Part shown: positions 24,965-37,301 of the stretch, piece after piece
Position numbering within the stretch: position 1 is the stretch's first letter
How the letters are laid out: each line of letters begins with the position of its first letter
Assembly (NCBI GenBank): GCA_951406725.2
Contig: OX597836.1
Location: forward strand, 30,132,001 to 30,196,000
Direction of reading: 5' to 3'
Source: Octopus vulgaris
Taxonomy: Eukaryota
Length of the DNA stretch: 64,000 nucleotides
Position numbers and translations under genes: made by a program
The notes under the pieces: model-generated
The model's database searches: none
What the model was told of the DNA's origin: nothing
Seen by the model: only the letters and a program-made list of their open reading frames with translations

Positions 24965-27289
24965 CTTTACTGTCTTAAAAAAGACAGAAGGGCACATTAA
25001 ACAATATATTCCTAGATATACAAAGTTTGGATGGAATGCCTTTGTATTAGAAGCACAGAGAACTACATTATCCAATATCTTCTTCCTTTATTTAAGATCA
25101 CAAGGTGAAGTATGTGAATTTTGGAAGATCTGGCCTTCAGTTTTAGCAGATTAAGCTACCACAAAGGATCTCTTGTTGGTGAATACATAATGACTAGTTG
25201 TTATTTATTCCCAAGTTACCTCTAGCCAAGCACACCTATGATCAAAAGTGGTTCCTTCCATGATCATCCATGTCTTTTAATCAGTATGTACAGCAATGTT
25301 GTTCAATGTGTCCTTCCCCAAGACAGTAAAGTGTGATTTGGGAATTATTTCTAATATTTCTTTGATGGCTCATGAATGATAAGCAGAACAGACTAGTGAT
25401 CAAAGATGTTTCAGCCATGACTGCCCAATCTTTTTAGAGTTAAATAAAATATTATCTCGTGAGTTCAATGCCATTGCTTGGCATCTTGAGTAAATCTCTT
25501 TACTACAACTTCATTCATCCTAAAGGTTATTCAACTTAATAAATTTGAATTCTTGTGTTAGTATGACAATTTTTGTGTTAATTTTGACACAAGGTTAGCA
25601 ATTTCAGGAGAGGGGCTAAATCAATTACATCAACCCCAGTATTCAACTGGTATTTAGGATGAAAGGCAAAGTTGACTTAGGGGAATCTGAACTCAGAATG
25701 CTAAGCATTTTGCCCAGCATGCAAATAATCATCCTTGTATTTAATTTTAAGAACAGGGCAAAATAAATAAATAAATCATCATCGTTTAGCGTCCGCTTTC
25801 CACGCTAGCATGGGTTGGATGGTTCAGCTGGGGTCTGGGAAGCCAGAAGGCTGCACCAGGCCCAGTCTGACCTGGCAATGTTTCTACGGCTGGATGCCCT
25901 TCCTAATGCCAAATAAAATATTAAAAAACCCTCTTCCCAATTTCTTTTTTTTTCCCCCTTTTGCAACAAATAAATAAATAAAATGCAATTAGAATAAATA
26001 AAATAAACATTTTTAAAAATGAAGAATATGAATAAGAAATGATCTCATCAGTTTGGCTCAAGCTTTGTGAGTGAAGTTGGGTAAATGGAAATTGAACACA
26101 ACACATCAGATGGATTTTTACTTGTAATTTATAATCCAGTCTTGCCACATATTCTATTATACTGACTACCTGAGAGTTACATTAAGGGTACAAAGGGCTG
26201 TGGTATATTCAGCCGTGTCCACACTATATCAATGAGTAGGTAGTTCAGTTGATTAAGCAACTGAATGATCATCATTGAAGCTAATGGAGGTCCATACTGA
26301 ACTAATGTAAATTTTCCTAAATCACATACCTAAGGCAGAGGTATGTGATTTAATGAAAACTTAGCTGCAATTTCTAGCAGCCTGGATAGCAAAATAGAAG
26401 CTATCGCACATTGGCTCAATGTTATTTTTGGTATGTGGGTGTGTGTGTGTGTGTGTGTGTATGTATGCGTGTGCGCACGTATGTGTGAGTGTGTGTATGT
26501 ATGGAGCTGTGTTTGCAGACTCTGCAAGTCTTGTGAACTTAATGATCAACAGATTCAATCAAGCCAGTGTTCCAAACCTATGAAGCTGCCAAACAATCAG
26601 GTTATTTTATAGTCTAATTTATATCAAAGACATTTTATATATGTATATATATATATGTATATATATATAAATAAACACACACACACACACACATATTCTC
26701 ACTCTTTTCCACTCTGTGTGTATAAGTGGGTGTGTGTGTGCATGCACACATCTATAGATTTTTACTTTTATTCAACATCCCATTAAAGCCTACATGTAAA
26801 CAAAATGTGATGGAAGAAATAAGACAAAATAATTGTTTATTTGTTTATTTCTTCCTTCCTTCCTCCTTTTACTGAAAAGGTTCTCTAAAGAAAACACAAT
26901 TTTATATCGTAATGGCCTTTAAAATAAAATTAAAACCAACACTAACAAAGCAAACAAAACAAAAAAAAAATTTATCTGGCTTAAAATGAATTCTTTACTT
27001 CAGCAGGCAATGGCTATGTGGTTAAGAAGTTTGCCTCACAAACTACATGATTTCTGGTTTGATACACTGTGGTGTAGTAAGTTGAGCAAGTGTCTTCTAC
27101 CCTGAAAGATCTCAGATCAACCAAAACCTTGTCTATACAATTTGGTGGATAATGCAACCGATAATAAACCGGCAGCTTGTTCTGGGAGGTGTTGGGTAGG
27201 AGCACAAAGGATGCAAGTCACAGGGTTCCCGTAGCATGTCCAGGAGTGAACAACCACTAATGATTGTTAGTTGCATAGTATCTTATAGG

Positions 27290-27640
27290 TGCAGGCATAT
27301 GGTTAGGAAGCAAGTTTCCTAACCACATAGTTCTAGGTTCAGTCCCACTTTGTGGCACCTTGAGCAGGTGTCTTCAACAATAGTCTTGGGCTAACTAAAG
27401 CCTTGTGAGTGGATTTGGGGAACTGGAAGAAGCCAGTCATGTGTGTGTGTGTGTGTGTGTATTTGTGTTTGTCCCCCACTACTGCTCGACAACTGGTATT
27501 GGTGTGTTTTCCTCCCTATAACTTAGTGGTTCAGTAAAAGAGACTGATAGAATAAATACCAGGGGTTGATTCATTCAATTAGAAATTCTTCAAGGCAATG
27601 CCCCAGCATGGCCACAGTCTAATAAGTGAAAGATTGAAAA
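27290..27640 (+). mobile_element. CORE-type SINE, family A, diverged
   Basis: Head, CORE, (TG)n and tail colinear with 514-927. Confidence 0.85.
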
Positions 27641-28499
27641 TAGTCTCAGGTAGTGATGCTTGGTAATTCAGCCTTGACAGTCTAATCACTGGAGTAAACC
27701 ACTTCAAAGCTTGGAGACCAGGGAGTCTCTCCATGTCAAGTTGCTACTTCTCCACATCCACATTGATAATGTGGAGAAGTACTTTGATACTACAGAGATG
27801 TGATTAGAATGCCAAAGGAAAGAATCGCCAGACAGATTCTTCAAGGTGAGTCAACTTGATGGAGACCTAAGTGTAGACTATCCTTTCAGACTTGGGCCCC
27901 TGTGTTTAACTTTACCCTCCAATAGGGCTCCTGAGTGAAAAAATAGATAGTTGCATATACAGCTCAAGAGTAATGATTGTAGGCAAAGTAAAAGATAGAA
28001 ACACAAAAAAAAAAAGGGGGGGGAATAACAATAATAAGCCTTTCTCTAAACTACCATACTTGTTAGGTAAACTAATGGACAGAAACACACACACACAAAA
28101 AAAAACAAAATTCATGGGAATAACAAAATCTGTCAACAACCATATTTGTTCACCCGAATCGGTAATTTCCTCATCACTTTCACCAGTTTGATTGAACCAT
28201 TCTTATTGCCTGTGTAAGGGTAAACTCTTCATCCGAAGAATAGATAACATCAATAATTTCCTCAACTGCAAAGAGTCCAGGCCTTGCTTGTTTACAAGAC
28301 AAAGTGCTGGGTTTATCACAAGCTCATTTCATTGCAAAATCGTTTTTGTTTTCTTTCCCCCCCGATTAAAAACAAAAGTAAACAACAGCAATTTGGGGGG
28401 GGGGGGACACACACATCATAAGCAATGAGTCATAAACACACTTGACTACAAAGCTGCAACATGATCAATTGTCTATTTTTAATATTTTATCTTCTTTTT

Positions 28500-28765
28500 C
28501 TGCATGTGTTGTTCATTACCATTTTACAGGGAATCTGGAAGAAATTATGTTTATGCTATTCCTACAAATTCTGGGAACAGGGCACGATAAGGTTAAGAAT
28601 GAGATGGCTGGATAATAATCGGTAGTCTCAGTTAGTCATGCTTGGGAATGCAGCTGGAAAGTGTAATGGCAGTTGCTTTTGATAGGACCCTACGGAGGAA
28701 GTCCTTGAGGACTCTACACCCGCAACCATCCGAAGAATAGTGGGCAGAGAAGATTAGTAGATGGA
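28500..28765 (+). pseudogene. RTE (Rex3/Expander-like) LINE 3' fragment
   Basis: RWLDN...LS*SCLG-type peptide and a 3' UTR homologous to 52500-52637 plus 53072-53140. Confidence 0.55.
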
Positions 28766-29600
28766 AAACTGTGTGGAAGTTTGTTGGAGAGACCATTAAC
28801 TGGTTTTGGGGGTAAGAGACTTAATTTGTCCCCCACAGTTAAACACCACCTCTTAGCTCTTGAGTTTCATTGTAGTTTACACTGTTGCAAGCATTTAGAG
28901 CAAAGCCCGGGTCCCCAAGGTTTGAGAATAACAACCTTCCACCAGCCCTGAAGAGAATCATGGGTGTGGTTCCTCAACCCAGTAGTTTTAGAGGTTATGA
29001 AAGCAATCATATATAACAGCCCTTTCACTTCTCACTAAACCATGAACAAAAAAAATTTCCTTTTATGAAAAAAAAAAAAAATTTTTTTAAACCCAAACAA
29101 ACATAAAAATATAAATAGTTACCGACCTGATACTGTCTTACAGTGCGAGGGGGTCCATGAGCTGGAGGCTTTTTCTTTTTGCTATGTGTAGTCATGTTGG
29201 TATCAAATTGAGTAAGTGAGAGAGAGAGAGAGAGAGAGAGAGAGCCGGAGAAAAAGAGAGGGTGGAATGGAGAGAGGCAGAAAGAAAGAGAAAGAAAGAA
29301 AAAGTGTTGATGGAAGTGAGGAAGTGACTAGAATAATATTACTACATCTGCATAGAAAATTTTCTATCTTTATAGATCAATTATTTAGTATTCTTCTTAT
29401 CATTATTATTAAAGCTATATACTGTATATTGTAACAGGGGATAAACAAGAGAGGCATTAGCTAGTTAATATATAGTATTTATGAGTATGACTATGCCTGT
29501 AAGAGTATGACAGCAAGAGAACAAGGGTGAATGAACATGTGTCTCTATGTTATACTAAACGAAAGCCAAACGTGAAAACATTCACACCACTAAAATCACT

Positions 29601-29635
<35 letters not shown>

Positions 29636-30430
29636 TAATCCAAACGGGAAACAAAAAAACAACAACAAGGGAACAATTACAGTATTATTATTAATAGGCG
29701 CTCAGGAAATGGAAGCAGGAAGGTATATATACATATATATATAAACTATAAACACAAACCAAGGGAAAACAGAACAAGTCTTGTGACTACAATCCACATT
29801 TAAAGAAATCAAATTTTATCTAAAAATGCAAAAAAAAAAAAAAAAAAGAAAGAAAAGGTTAGTGGGGAATCTAATGTTAGACAACTGATTGAATCTAATT
29901 GAATTTCTATGTATTGCTAAACCAAACCAAATGAAATATTAAAAGTAGCTATGTTTCCTTTCATTAATGTTTGAAAACAAAAACTTCTGGCAAGATTTTA
30001 TTCCTAAAAGAATCCTGCCAGCAAAAAAAAAAAAAAAGAAAGAAAAAAAAGAAGTAATATGATAAACAACTCAGAATAAAAATGTTTGCTTCCAATACAA
30101 ATGGTGTATTATCTGTAGATAGACCTGCATCAATATTAGAATCAAATTAGGAGATTTGGAAAATATTTTGATAATGAATTAATTAGCTCTTGGAATTAAT
30201 TTCAAAAATATTAAGAAATACATAACCATAGAAGATGATGATCAGAGAAAGGACCAAAAAAGAAAAAAAATGAGAGCTTCAAATAGTTATGTTTAATAAA
30301 TTTGGTTAAACCCTGTAGATGTAAATAGAAATAAAGATAGGAAAGATGTCTAATTCCTCAGGAAAATACAATTCTAAAAACAAGATAAATTAGACAAAAA
30401 TAAATCTTAAAACTCTTGGGAACTTTAGAT

Positions 30431-30715
30431 AATGCTGAAAGAGATTTCAACAAAATACATAACTAGGTAGAAAAATGGTTGAGACTACAGAGAAATTCCA
30501 AGAATTAGATGTATAAATTTGGAAAATGCTCAAAGTGATTTCATTTAAAAACATACATGTCAGAAAATGGCTGACAACCTTAGAGAAACTCTAAGAATAA
30601 GATATAGTGAAAATTCGGAAAAACGCTCAAAGTGATTTCAACTAAATACATACGAGGCAGGAAGGTGTTGGAACAAACCGAAGAGGAACTCTAGGAAACT
30701 GTTGTAGTGAAATCA
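30431..30715 (+). repeat. Degenerate tandem repeat, three units of about 95 bp
   Basis: AAYGCTSAAAGWGATTTCA...ACATA recurs at 30431, 30525 and 30622. Confidence 0.7.
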
Positions 30716-31966
30716 AGTTTTTTTTTTCTTTCTTCCCTCTCCATTTAGTAATGTGTAACGAGTAGAAATTAAATAGAATAAGCTTAAGGATAAATAACTT
30801 ACGAATTCTATTAAAGCAAGAAGTAGAAGGAAGTTTTCTGAGGATAGAAGAAGAAATAATATAATCATGGAAAGAATTGATATGAATCTGAAAACATATA
30901 AGAGAGGCGAGAACTATCAGGCTAAGACAGGCCAGGCCAGTCTAGCTGGTAAAGGTTTGCAGCTGGGATAGAATAGGAAAAAAAAAAAAAAAAATTAACA
31001 TTAATTATAAAGTAACTATAGCATGTTCTAATCATAATGATGTAAACTATCTTATCAGTGAATATTTAATTGCAGTTCAGAACTCCACTTTGAACGTTAC
31101 CCCCCTCAACATCAGCTCTTAGCATATAACACCCCACTCATCAAAATTCTTCTCCATCCCACACTATCGCAAAACTAATTTTCCAGTTTACACACATTAT
31201 GAGATATGTCAAAAAAAAAAAATATATATAAATAAAAAGCTAGCAAACAAACAACACTACATATCATGAAAAATTATAAACACAAGAAATTACATTGAAC
31301 ATGATTGTTTTATTTCATTTAATTCATCACTTATCTTGCTAATGTTGTTTAATCCCGAGTAGGCCTTGATTGAGCAAAATTAAGATAAAAGTCACACTAG
31401 CAGTGACCATCTCATTCTTTTTTTTTTTCTCTAAACATAGTACACATCTCAATCCCAGTCTCTTTATTAAGTCTACAGAAGTTGATTGTTCTCATTGCAC
31501 TGTCCATGCAGGGATATTCTCTTAGCAGTTATTTTCCTAATTGTGTTGTTGCTTGCTTATTCTGCTTGAACTAGAATATGTATTGTTTGTCTCATCCATG
31601 ACTAGACTCAGCCCCATAGCTTAACTACATTTAGCATATGACACTTCATCAATGCTTATACTTGCTATTCCATTGTCCTAGTTTGAAATTCCAGGAATGT
31701 TACCAAAAATGACAAGCACCTGACGAAGGCCAGAGGGAAACAACAGCTGAAACATTATGATTATAACAACCAAGATGAGGACACTAGTCCAAATATATAA
31801 GTGTATAATAATGGTGATCATTCATTTCAGAATTTCAGACAAAATTATTAAGATCCAGGAAATAATTTACAGTATGCATATATGGTATTAAGATATGGGA
31901 AATAATTGAGAGCATTCATATATGGTATTAAAACCGGTAAGATTTAAATTTGATACCATGAACATA

Positions 31967-32501
31967 TTGGGTTGTCTGCAAAATTCGTGCTGATTTATAG
32001 TAGCTCACCTTTCGACTTATTTTAGAACATGGTTGATTCCATAAAATAGGATTTGACTATACCTCTATTTAGAGCACAGTTAAAGCTATCTTTTTGTGGA
32101 AGAAGGTTTATGTTCCTATAACCTGTGTTAATTCTGTAACCCTTTAAAATGGAAGATAAGAAAGTTCATTTTCGGCACTTAATGCTTTGGGAACCAGACA
32201 AAAATTGCTGCAGCTCAACTGGGATGTGTTACTCCCACCCTCCAATATTCACCAGATTATTGCTCCTTCAGATTTCCACTTATTCAGGTCTCTGCAGAGT
32301 AGTCTTAAGGAAACCTTGATGAATTCTTTGCCATGAAACCACCTCAATTCTGGGAAGAGAGTATTTTCAAGTTAAAGGAAAGATGGAGACACACTGTGCA
32401 ACAAAATGGTTCATATTTGGTTGATTAAAAATGTAATGGCAAGTATTTATTGGCCTTTTTCTTGCCTTTAAAAATCGGCATGAACTTTCCGGACAACCCA
32501 A
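31967..32501 (+). mobile_element. Internally deleted mariner element
   Basis: TIRs TA-TTGGGTTGTCTGCAAAATTCGTGCTGATTT / AAATCGGCATGAACTTTCCGGACAACCCAA-TA; transposase N-terminus MEDKKVHFRHLMLW joined to decayed C-terminal motifs (WDVL, YSPD, APSDFHLFRSL, ERWR...QNGSYLVD*). Confidence 0.9.
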
Positions 32502-32509
32502 TATAGACT

Positions 32510-33110
32510 TGTAAATTGACATCAAAATCCACAGTCAGTTATGGTTTGGGCAGTTGTGACAGCCACTGGAAGGTCTCCCCTCATTTTTGTGCCCTTGGTG
32601 GTTAAAATTAAAATCCAGCAATACATTAGTGACATTCTGGAAGCTGAACTGCTTCCATGGACAAATGAGCACTTTCAAGACACATCTTGGAGCTTCCAAC
32701 AAGACTCATTACCATCTCACAGCTCCAAACAGACATGAAACTAGATTTAGAAAAACATTCCCTCGTTCATAGGTAAGGATGTATGGCCCTCAAGAAGCCC
32801 TGATCACAACCTGTTGGATTTTTCTGTTTGATCGATTTTGGAGATGTGGTTCTCGAGCACACCTCATGCTTTGCTCAAAGCTCTGAAGGTAAAATTGTGT
32901 CACAAATGGACTTTGATTCTACAAGAACAGCTGCATGTTGTGTGTGAAGCATTCTCACCTGGACTTAAAGCTGTGATTCAAAACAGAGGAGGTCATATCG
33001 AATAAATGTGATTGTGTTGTAATTGTGCAATGCTTGGACCCGAAGTATAAAAACATCTTGCTTTGGCAAAATTGAGAGAACTTGGTTGCCTTCATTTTGA
33101 GACACCCTAT
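32510..33110 (+). pseudogene. DD37D (maT-family) transposase 3' fragment with right TIR
   Basis: MVWA...FQQD, then 37 codons (three stops) ending WPSRSPDHNLL, then D; GGHIE*; end TTTTGAGACACCCTATA. Confidence 0.85.
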
Positions 33111-33134
33111 ATGTATACACACTTTCTTGTATCT

Positions 33135-33380
33135 TGAGGGTTAAGATGTATAATATAGTTATGACCATATTAAGTATTAAAATGTGTGACATAATTATGA
33201 CCATATAAAGCATTAAAATGTATGGCATAATTATGACCATACAATTATGATTGTATAAGGTATTAAGATGTATGATGTAATTACAAACATATAAAGTATT
33301 AAGATATGAGATATAATTATGACCATATAAGGTATCAAGATGTGTGCTATAATTATGACCATATAAGGTGTCAACATTCA
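33135..33380. repeat. Minisatellite, unit about 30-35 bp
   Basis: ATAATTATGACCATATAAGGTATYAAGATG recurs about 7 times. Confidence 0.85.
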
Positions 33381-33734
33381 TAAAATATGTGAGAACCGTA
33401 TTTTAGATAAAGTAAACTTCTTGGGGGTCTGAGATTTTTTTATGGTAAATTTTATGTTGTATAGGAATTTTTTTTAGTGAAAATGCATTTATTGCATAAA
33501 TGAAGTGGATGTAGTAAATAAGAAAATAATAGAGATACATTGAAATGAATAGCATTTTATTAGCTGCTAAATGTGTAGTAAACAAGCATTTTTTTTAAGA
33601 GGTGGGTAGCACATTTCTAAAATGATAAAAAAAAAAAAGGTATTTTGAAATTGTAAAATATGCACACACACACACTTATAATCACTCACTCTCTCTCTCT
33701 CTCACACACATATACATACATACATATATCTTAC

Positions 33735-34020
33735 TTTGCTATTGCTAGATAATGAATACATGCTTATTACAATTTCCAAAATTGCCGTTAGCTCAGTTTT
33801 CCTCATTATTCTGGATGCTGTTATTTTGGTAAATTTCCTGTATTTCAAGAATTGTGAACCAAAGAGCTGCTTGTTTTTATTTGATCTAGCAATGAGTAGT
33901 GCGGGGATTAGTGGAGAGATATATTTAGGCTTATTGGGTATCTGACTTCCTCTTCTCTATCCTTGGTTTACGAAGTTACTATGAAGATATTCAGGAGAAT
34001 ATGTCTATGGAATCATGCAT
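33735..34020 (-). other. Candidate exon (5' UTR plus a possible 24-codon start, MRKTELTAILEIVISMYSLSSNSK)
   Basis: Long pyrimidine tract TTTTCTTTCTTTTTTTTTATTTCTGTGGTCTACAG| as acceptor, AAA|GTAAGA as donor; ATG at 33806 in phase 0 with the donor; unique sequence; no homology recognised. Confidence 0.25.
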
Positions 34021-34469
34021 CTGTAGACCACAGAAATAAAAAAAAAGAAAGAAAACAGAATGAGTGCCCTGTTCGGTAGATTGACAATATGCAACCTTTG
34101 GGTCCATTGTCAAGTTTTATCTTTCTCCATGTGTCTTCTATTGCTGTTGCTACAAGAGTCTTTGTTATTTTGATCTCGTTGTTGCCACCTCTACATTAAC
34201 ATCACTAATACTTAATTCTCCGGTTAACAAGTGAGTATATATATATATATATATAATAATATAGGGTGAAATTAATTAATCTGGAATAATCATTAATTTC
34301 ACCAAGTAGATTTCGGCATGTAAAAGCCCCATTCGAGGAAGGTTTAAGTAATACTAAGTAATTAAGGGTTTAGCAACGATTTGCCTCACCACACACCAAA
34401 TTTAGAAATAGCAGTCAAAGAGTTATGGCTATTCTTTCTACTTAAGTAGAATTACTTAGTATTACTTAT

Positions 34470-34500
<31 letters not shown>

Positions 34501-34687
34501 GGTTGCTAGGCTGCTTGATCAGCTAGTAATAGATGAAAAATCTCACTTAAACCACACAGCCCTGCTACCTAAGAACAAAAATACACACACACACACATAC
34601 ATAAATACATACACATATGATTTCACTTAGGCAGAGCGATACTGGTAACAGTTGTTAGAACTCAGTATATATATATATATATATATA

Positions 34688-34895
34688 GTTAATCCAAACA
34701 AGAAAACACAAAAAAACAAACAAACACAACAACGCGAGGACGTGGAACAAATATAGTATTATTGGACGCTCAGGAAAGAAGGGAAGAAGGAGGGTTTAAC
34801 GTTTTGAGCGGAGCCCTTCGTCGGAAACATAGGAGAAGGAAAGATCCCAAGAAGGGAAGACAGAGGAAAAATATCGCCAATGGTACTCACGAGGT

Positions 34896-34900
<5 letters not shown>
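34688..34900 (-). mobile_element. Penelope-like remnant in a TA tract with a hammerhead-like motif at 34794-34828
   Basis: Minus strand GTTT-CCGACGA-AGGGCTCCGCTC-AAAA-CGTT-AAAC; shorter homologue at about 29635-29725. Confidence 0.55.
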
Positions 34901-34934
<34 letters not shown>

Positions 34935-35166
34935 GGTTTAGAATAAAGCATTAAGTGTCTACAGAGTAAAATATAGATTATTGAATGACAAGGGAACAGG
35001 AATTACACAATCAACTTCATTAGCTTACAACTGTTTCTGCTATAAGAAGCAGCGCATTCAGAACTGACTGCTTGTGCAACATCTTATAACTTCTATAAAA
35101 AATAAAACAGCCGTAAGTTAAAGACACTGATTATGTTATTGCTGTGCTCCTTGTCATTTAATGACA

Positions 35167-35546
35167 TCTGTATATATAAAGCTGAAGTTGTCTGTGTGTG
35201 GCAGGTTTGGTAACCTTCAACTAACATTATCTCCTCTGAGACCCTGCGGTGCAAGTTGATCAAAATTGAGAGTATGATAGAAGAAGGCTTGCTCTTATTT
35301 CCGTAGAAGATAAAATTCAAATCAGACCATGTTAAGACAAAAAATTATTTACATCAAAAAGGCGCTTTTTTCTATGAAAATCCCAATTTTTTACGATTTT
35401 TTTACTGCTGTGACGCCATTTTCCGGTGTATTTCAACCAGGAAAATGTTCATTTAAAGAGAATAACAAGCTACATAATGCAAAATTTTTACTTTTCAAAA
35501 ATTCCAATTCTAAAGGGTTGAAACAAACCTGGGCAACGTCGGGTAG
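35167..35546 (+). mobile_element. Non-autonomous Helitron-like element
   Basis: A|TCTGTATATATAAAGCTGAAG 5' end followed by GTCTGTGTGT; 3' hairpin CCTGGGCAACGTCGGG then TAG|T. Confidence 0.65.
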
Positions 35547-35562
35547 TATATATATATATATT

Positions 35563-35696
35563 TTAATGAAGCTGATAACAAAAAAACTTCATAAACTGTT
35601 ACTCAGATTTTCATGTAATCATTCATCAGACTGTCAGATGAACAGATACATGAAACTCTGAATAACATTGTGTGAAGCTTTTGTCAACTTCAATAA
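35563..35696. repeat. Imperfect inverted repeat (arms about 65 bp), each arm carrying a hammerhead-like core
   Basis: TGTTACTCAGATTTTCATGTAATCATTCATCAGAC mirrored by GTCAGATGAACAGATACATGAAACTCTGAATAACA. Confidence 0.7.
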
Positions 35697-36171
35697 AATA
35701 GTATTTTACTCTACCTTTGATATTTGAATATTATTTTCTTCACCTTGTTTTGCAACAAGGTCATCGTGTGTATGTGTATGTGCGCATGGGCACACGCATC
35801 TGTATAAGGATATAAAGACTAGCTGAAGGGTAACCTCTCAGCAGTCAATTATATCTCACAACACCTTAGAGCAAATAGCCTTGGAGCAAAGAAAATGGAG
35901 GCTGTTGTGTCAAAACGGTGTAAGAGACTTTGTTTCAACCAACATTAACAGGCTAAGGGGTGCAAGGCAAAGGAGAAAAGCAATCGCAAATATACTGCCT
36001 GCACTGACCTGTAATCTTCCTTTGTGCAACATCTGCAGGCTTCTTTGCAAATCATTGCCAGGACTCAAATGTCGCATTTGACATTTGATAAGCATTACAA
36101 CCGACAAAGAAAGTGTAGGTTGTCGCATGCTTATATGTTGAAACTAATGGGAAAGTTCATCACACACACAC

Positions 36172-36390
36172 ATGAGAGGATGCTGAATAGTTCCTTGCTT
36201 TAAGGATATCTCAAAAGGCTTGGCTGGAAGCCCAACGTTCCCAATTTTTTTACAGGACTTAGAAAAACTGAAGGTCTGCTGCTAGAAGTGTGTGAATCTG
36301 AGAGGAGAATATGTTGAATAGAATCATAATTATATGATCCTCCTGTATTTTCTTTTACCTGAAGCCAGGAACTTTTAAGCACCCCACTCA
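36172..36390 (+). mobile_element. Mariner-derived MITE
   Basis: TIRs as in 452-1085; retains transposase C-terminus LEKLKVCC*KCVNLRGEYVE*. Confidence 0.8.
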
Positions 36391-37037
36391 TGTGTGTGTG
36401 TGTGTGTGTGTGTGAGTGTGTGTGTGTGTATATATATAAAGATATGTCTGATAGATGGGCTTCTTGCAGTTTCCATCACCAAATTCTTTTGACTGGGATT
36501 GGTCATCCTGAGGTTGTAGAGGAAGACACCCAAGGCAACACGTAATGGGACTGAACTTGGAACATTGTGGTTGCAAGATAACCTTCTTAACCATATAACC
36601 ATATCTAGATATCTCATGTGTATGTGAGTGTGCATGTACACACACACACACACAATATGCTGGCAGTAGTATGATTTATGGGAGTTTGGCTGCTATTTCT
36701 GGCATGTCTGGCAACTGTGAAGAGACTCCTTTCAGGAAAGTTATGTTTACTGTAATAAATCCATCCAGTTTTCATTGTTTCTAAGTTTATATAGAGCAAA
36801 GTAAACAAACGTAGAAGTAAGTTCCTTCTATAAGTATTTTCATTGTGATGGATCACTGTGTTTAGATGCAGCAATATTAGGTGCAGCGATATATTTATGA
36901 AATATCAATTTTGGAAGGTCTCTGACACACACAAACAAATGTATATACACAGACACATACATACTGACACACAAAAATGTGTGTGTGTGTGTGTGTGTGT
37001 GTGTATAAAGAAATATATATAGAAATATAAATATATC

Positions 37038-37080
<43 letters not shown>

Positions 37081-37215
37081 GTCATTTTTCATAGTGTTTT
37101 TCCAATGGTCGGATAACTGAAGAGATGGTGGCATGGATTTCCACCTCGGCATCCGAAACTCAGAGTTTTATCTTGGCTACCAAATGATTGCCACATATTA
37201 CATTTACAGATAGAA

Positions 37216-37263
<48 letters not shown>

Positions 37264-37269
37264 GTATAC

Positions 37270-37301
<32 letters not shown>

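Noticed and set aside
28140-28340. Minus-strand acidic peptide FAVEEIIDVIYSSDEE resembling a piggyBac transposase N-terminus
   Set aside because: Low-complexity similarity only; no TIR or catalytic domain found nearby.
33135-33380. Regularly spaced 30-35 bp repeats resembling a CRISPR array
   Set aside because: No unique spacers, no cas genes, eukaryotic context; it is a minisatellite.
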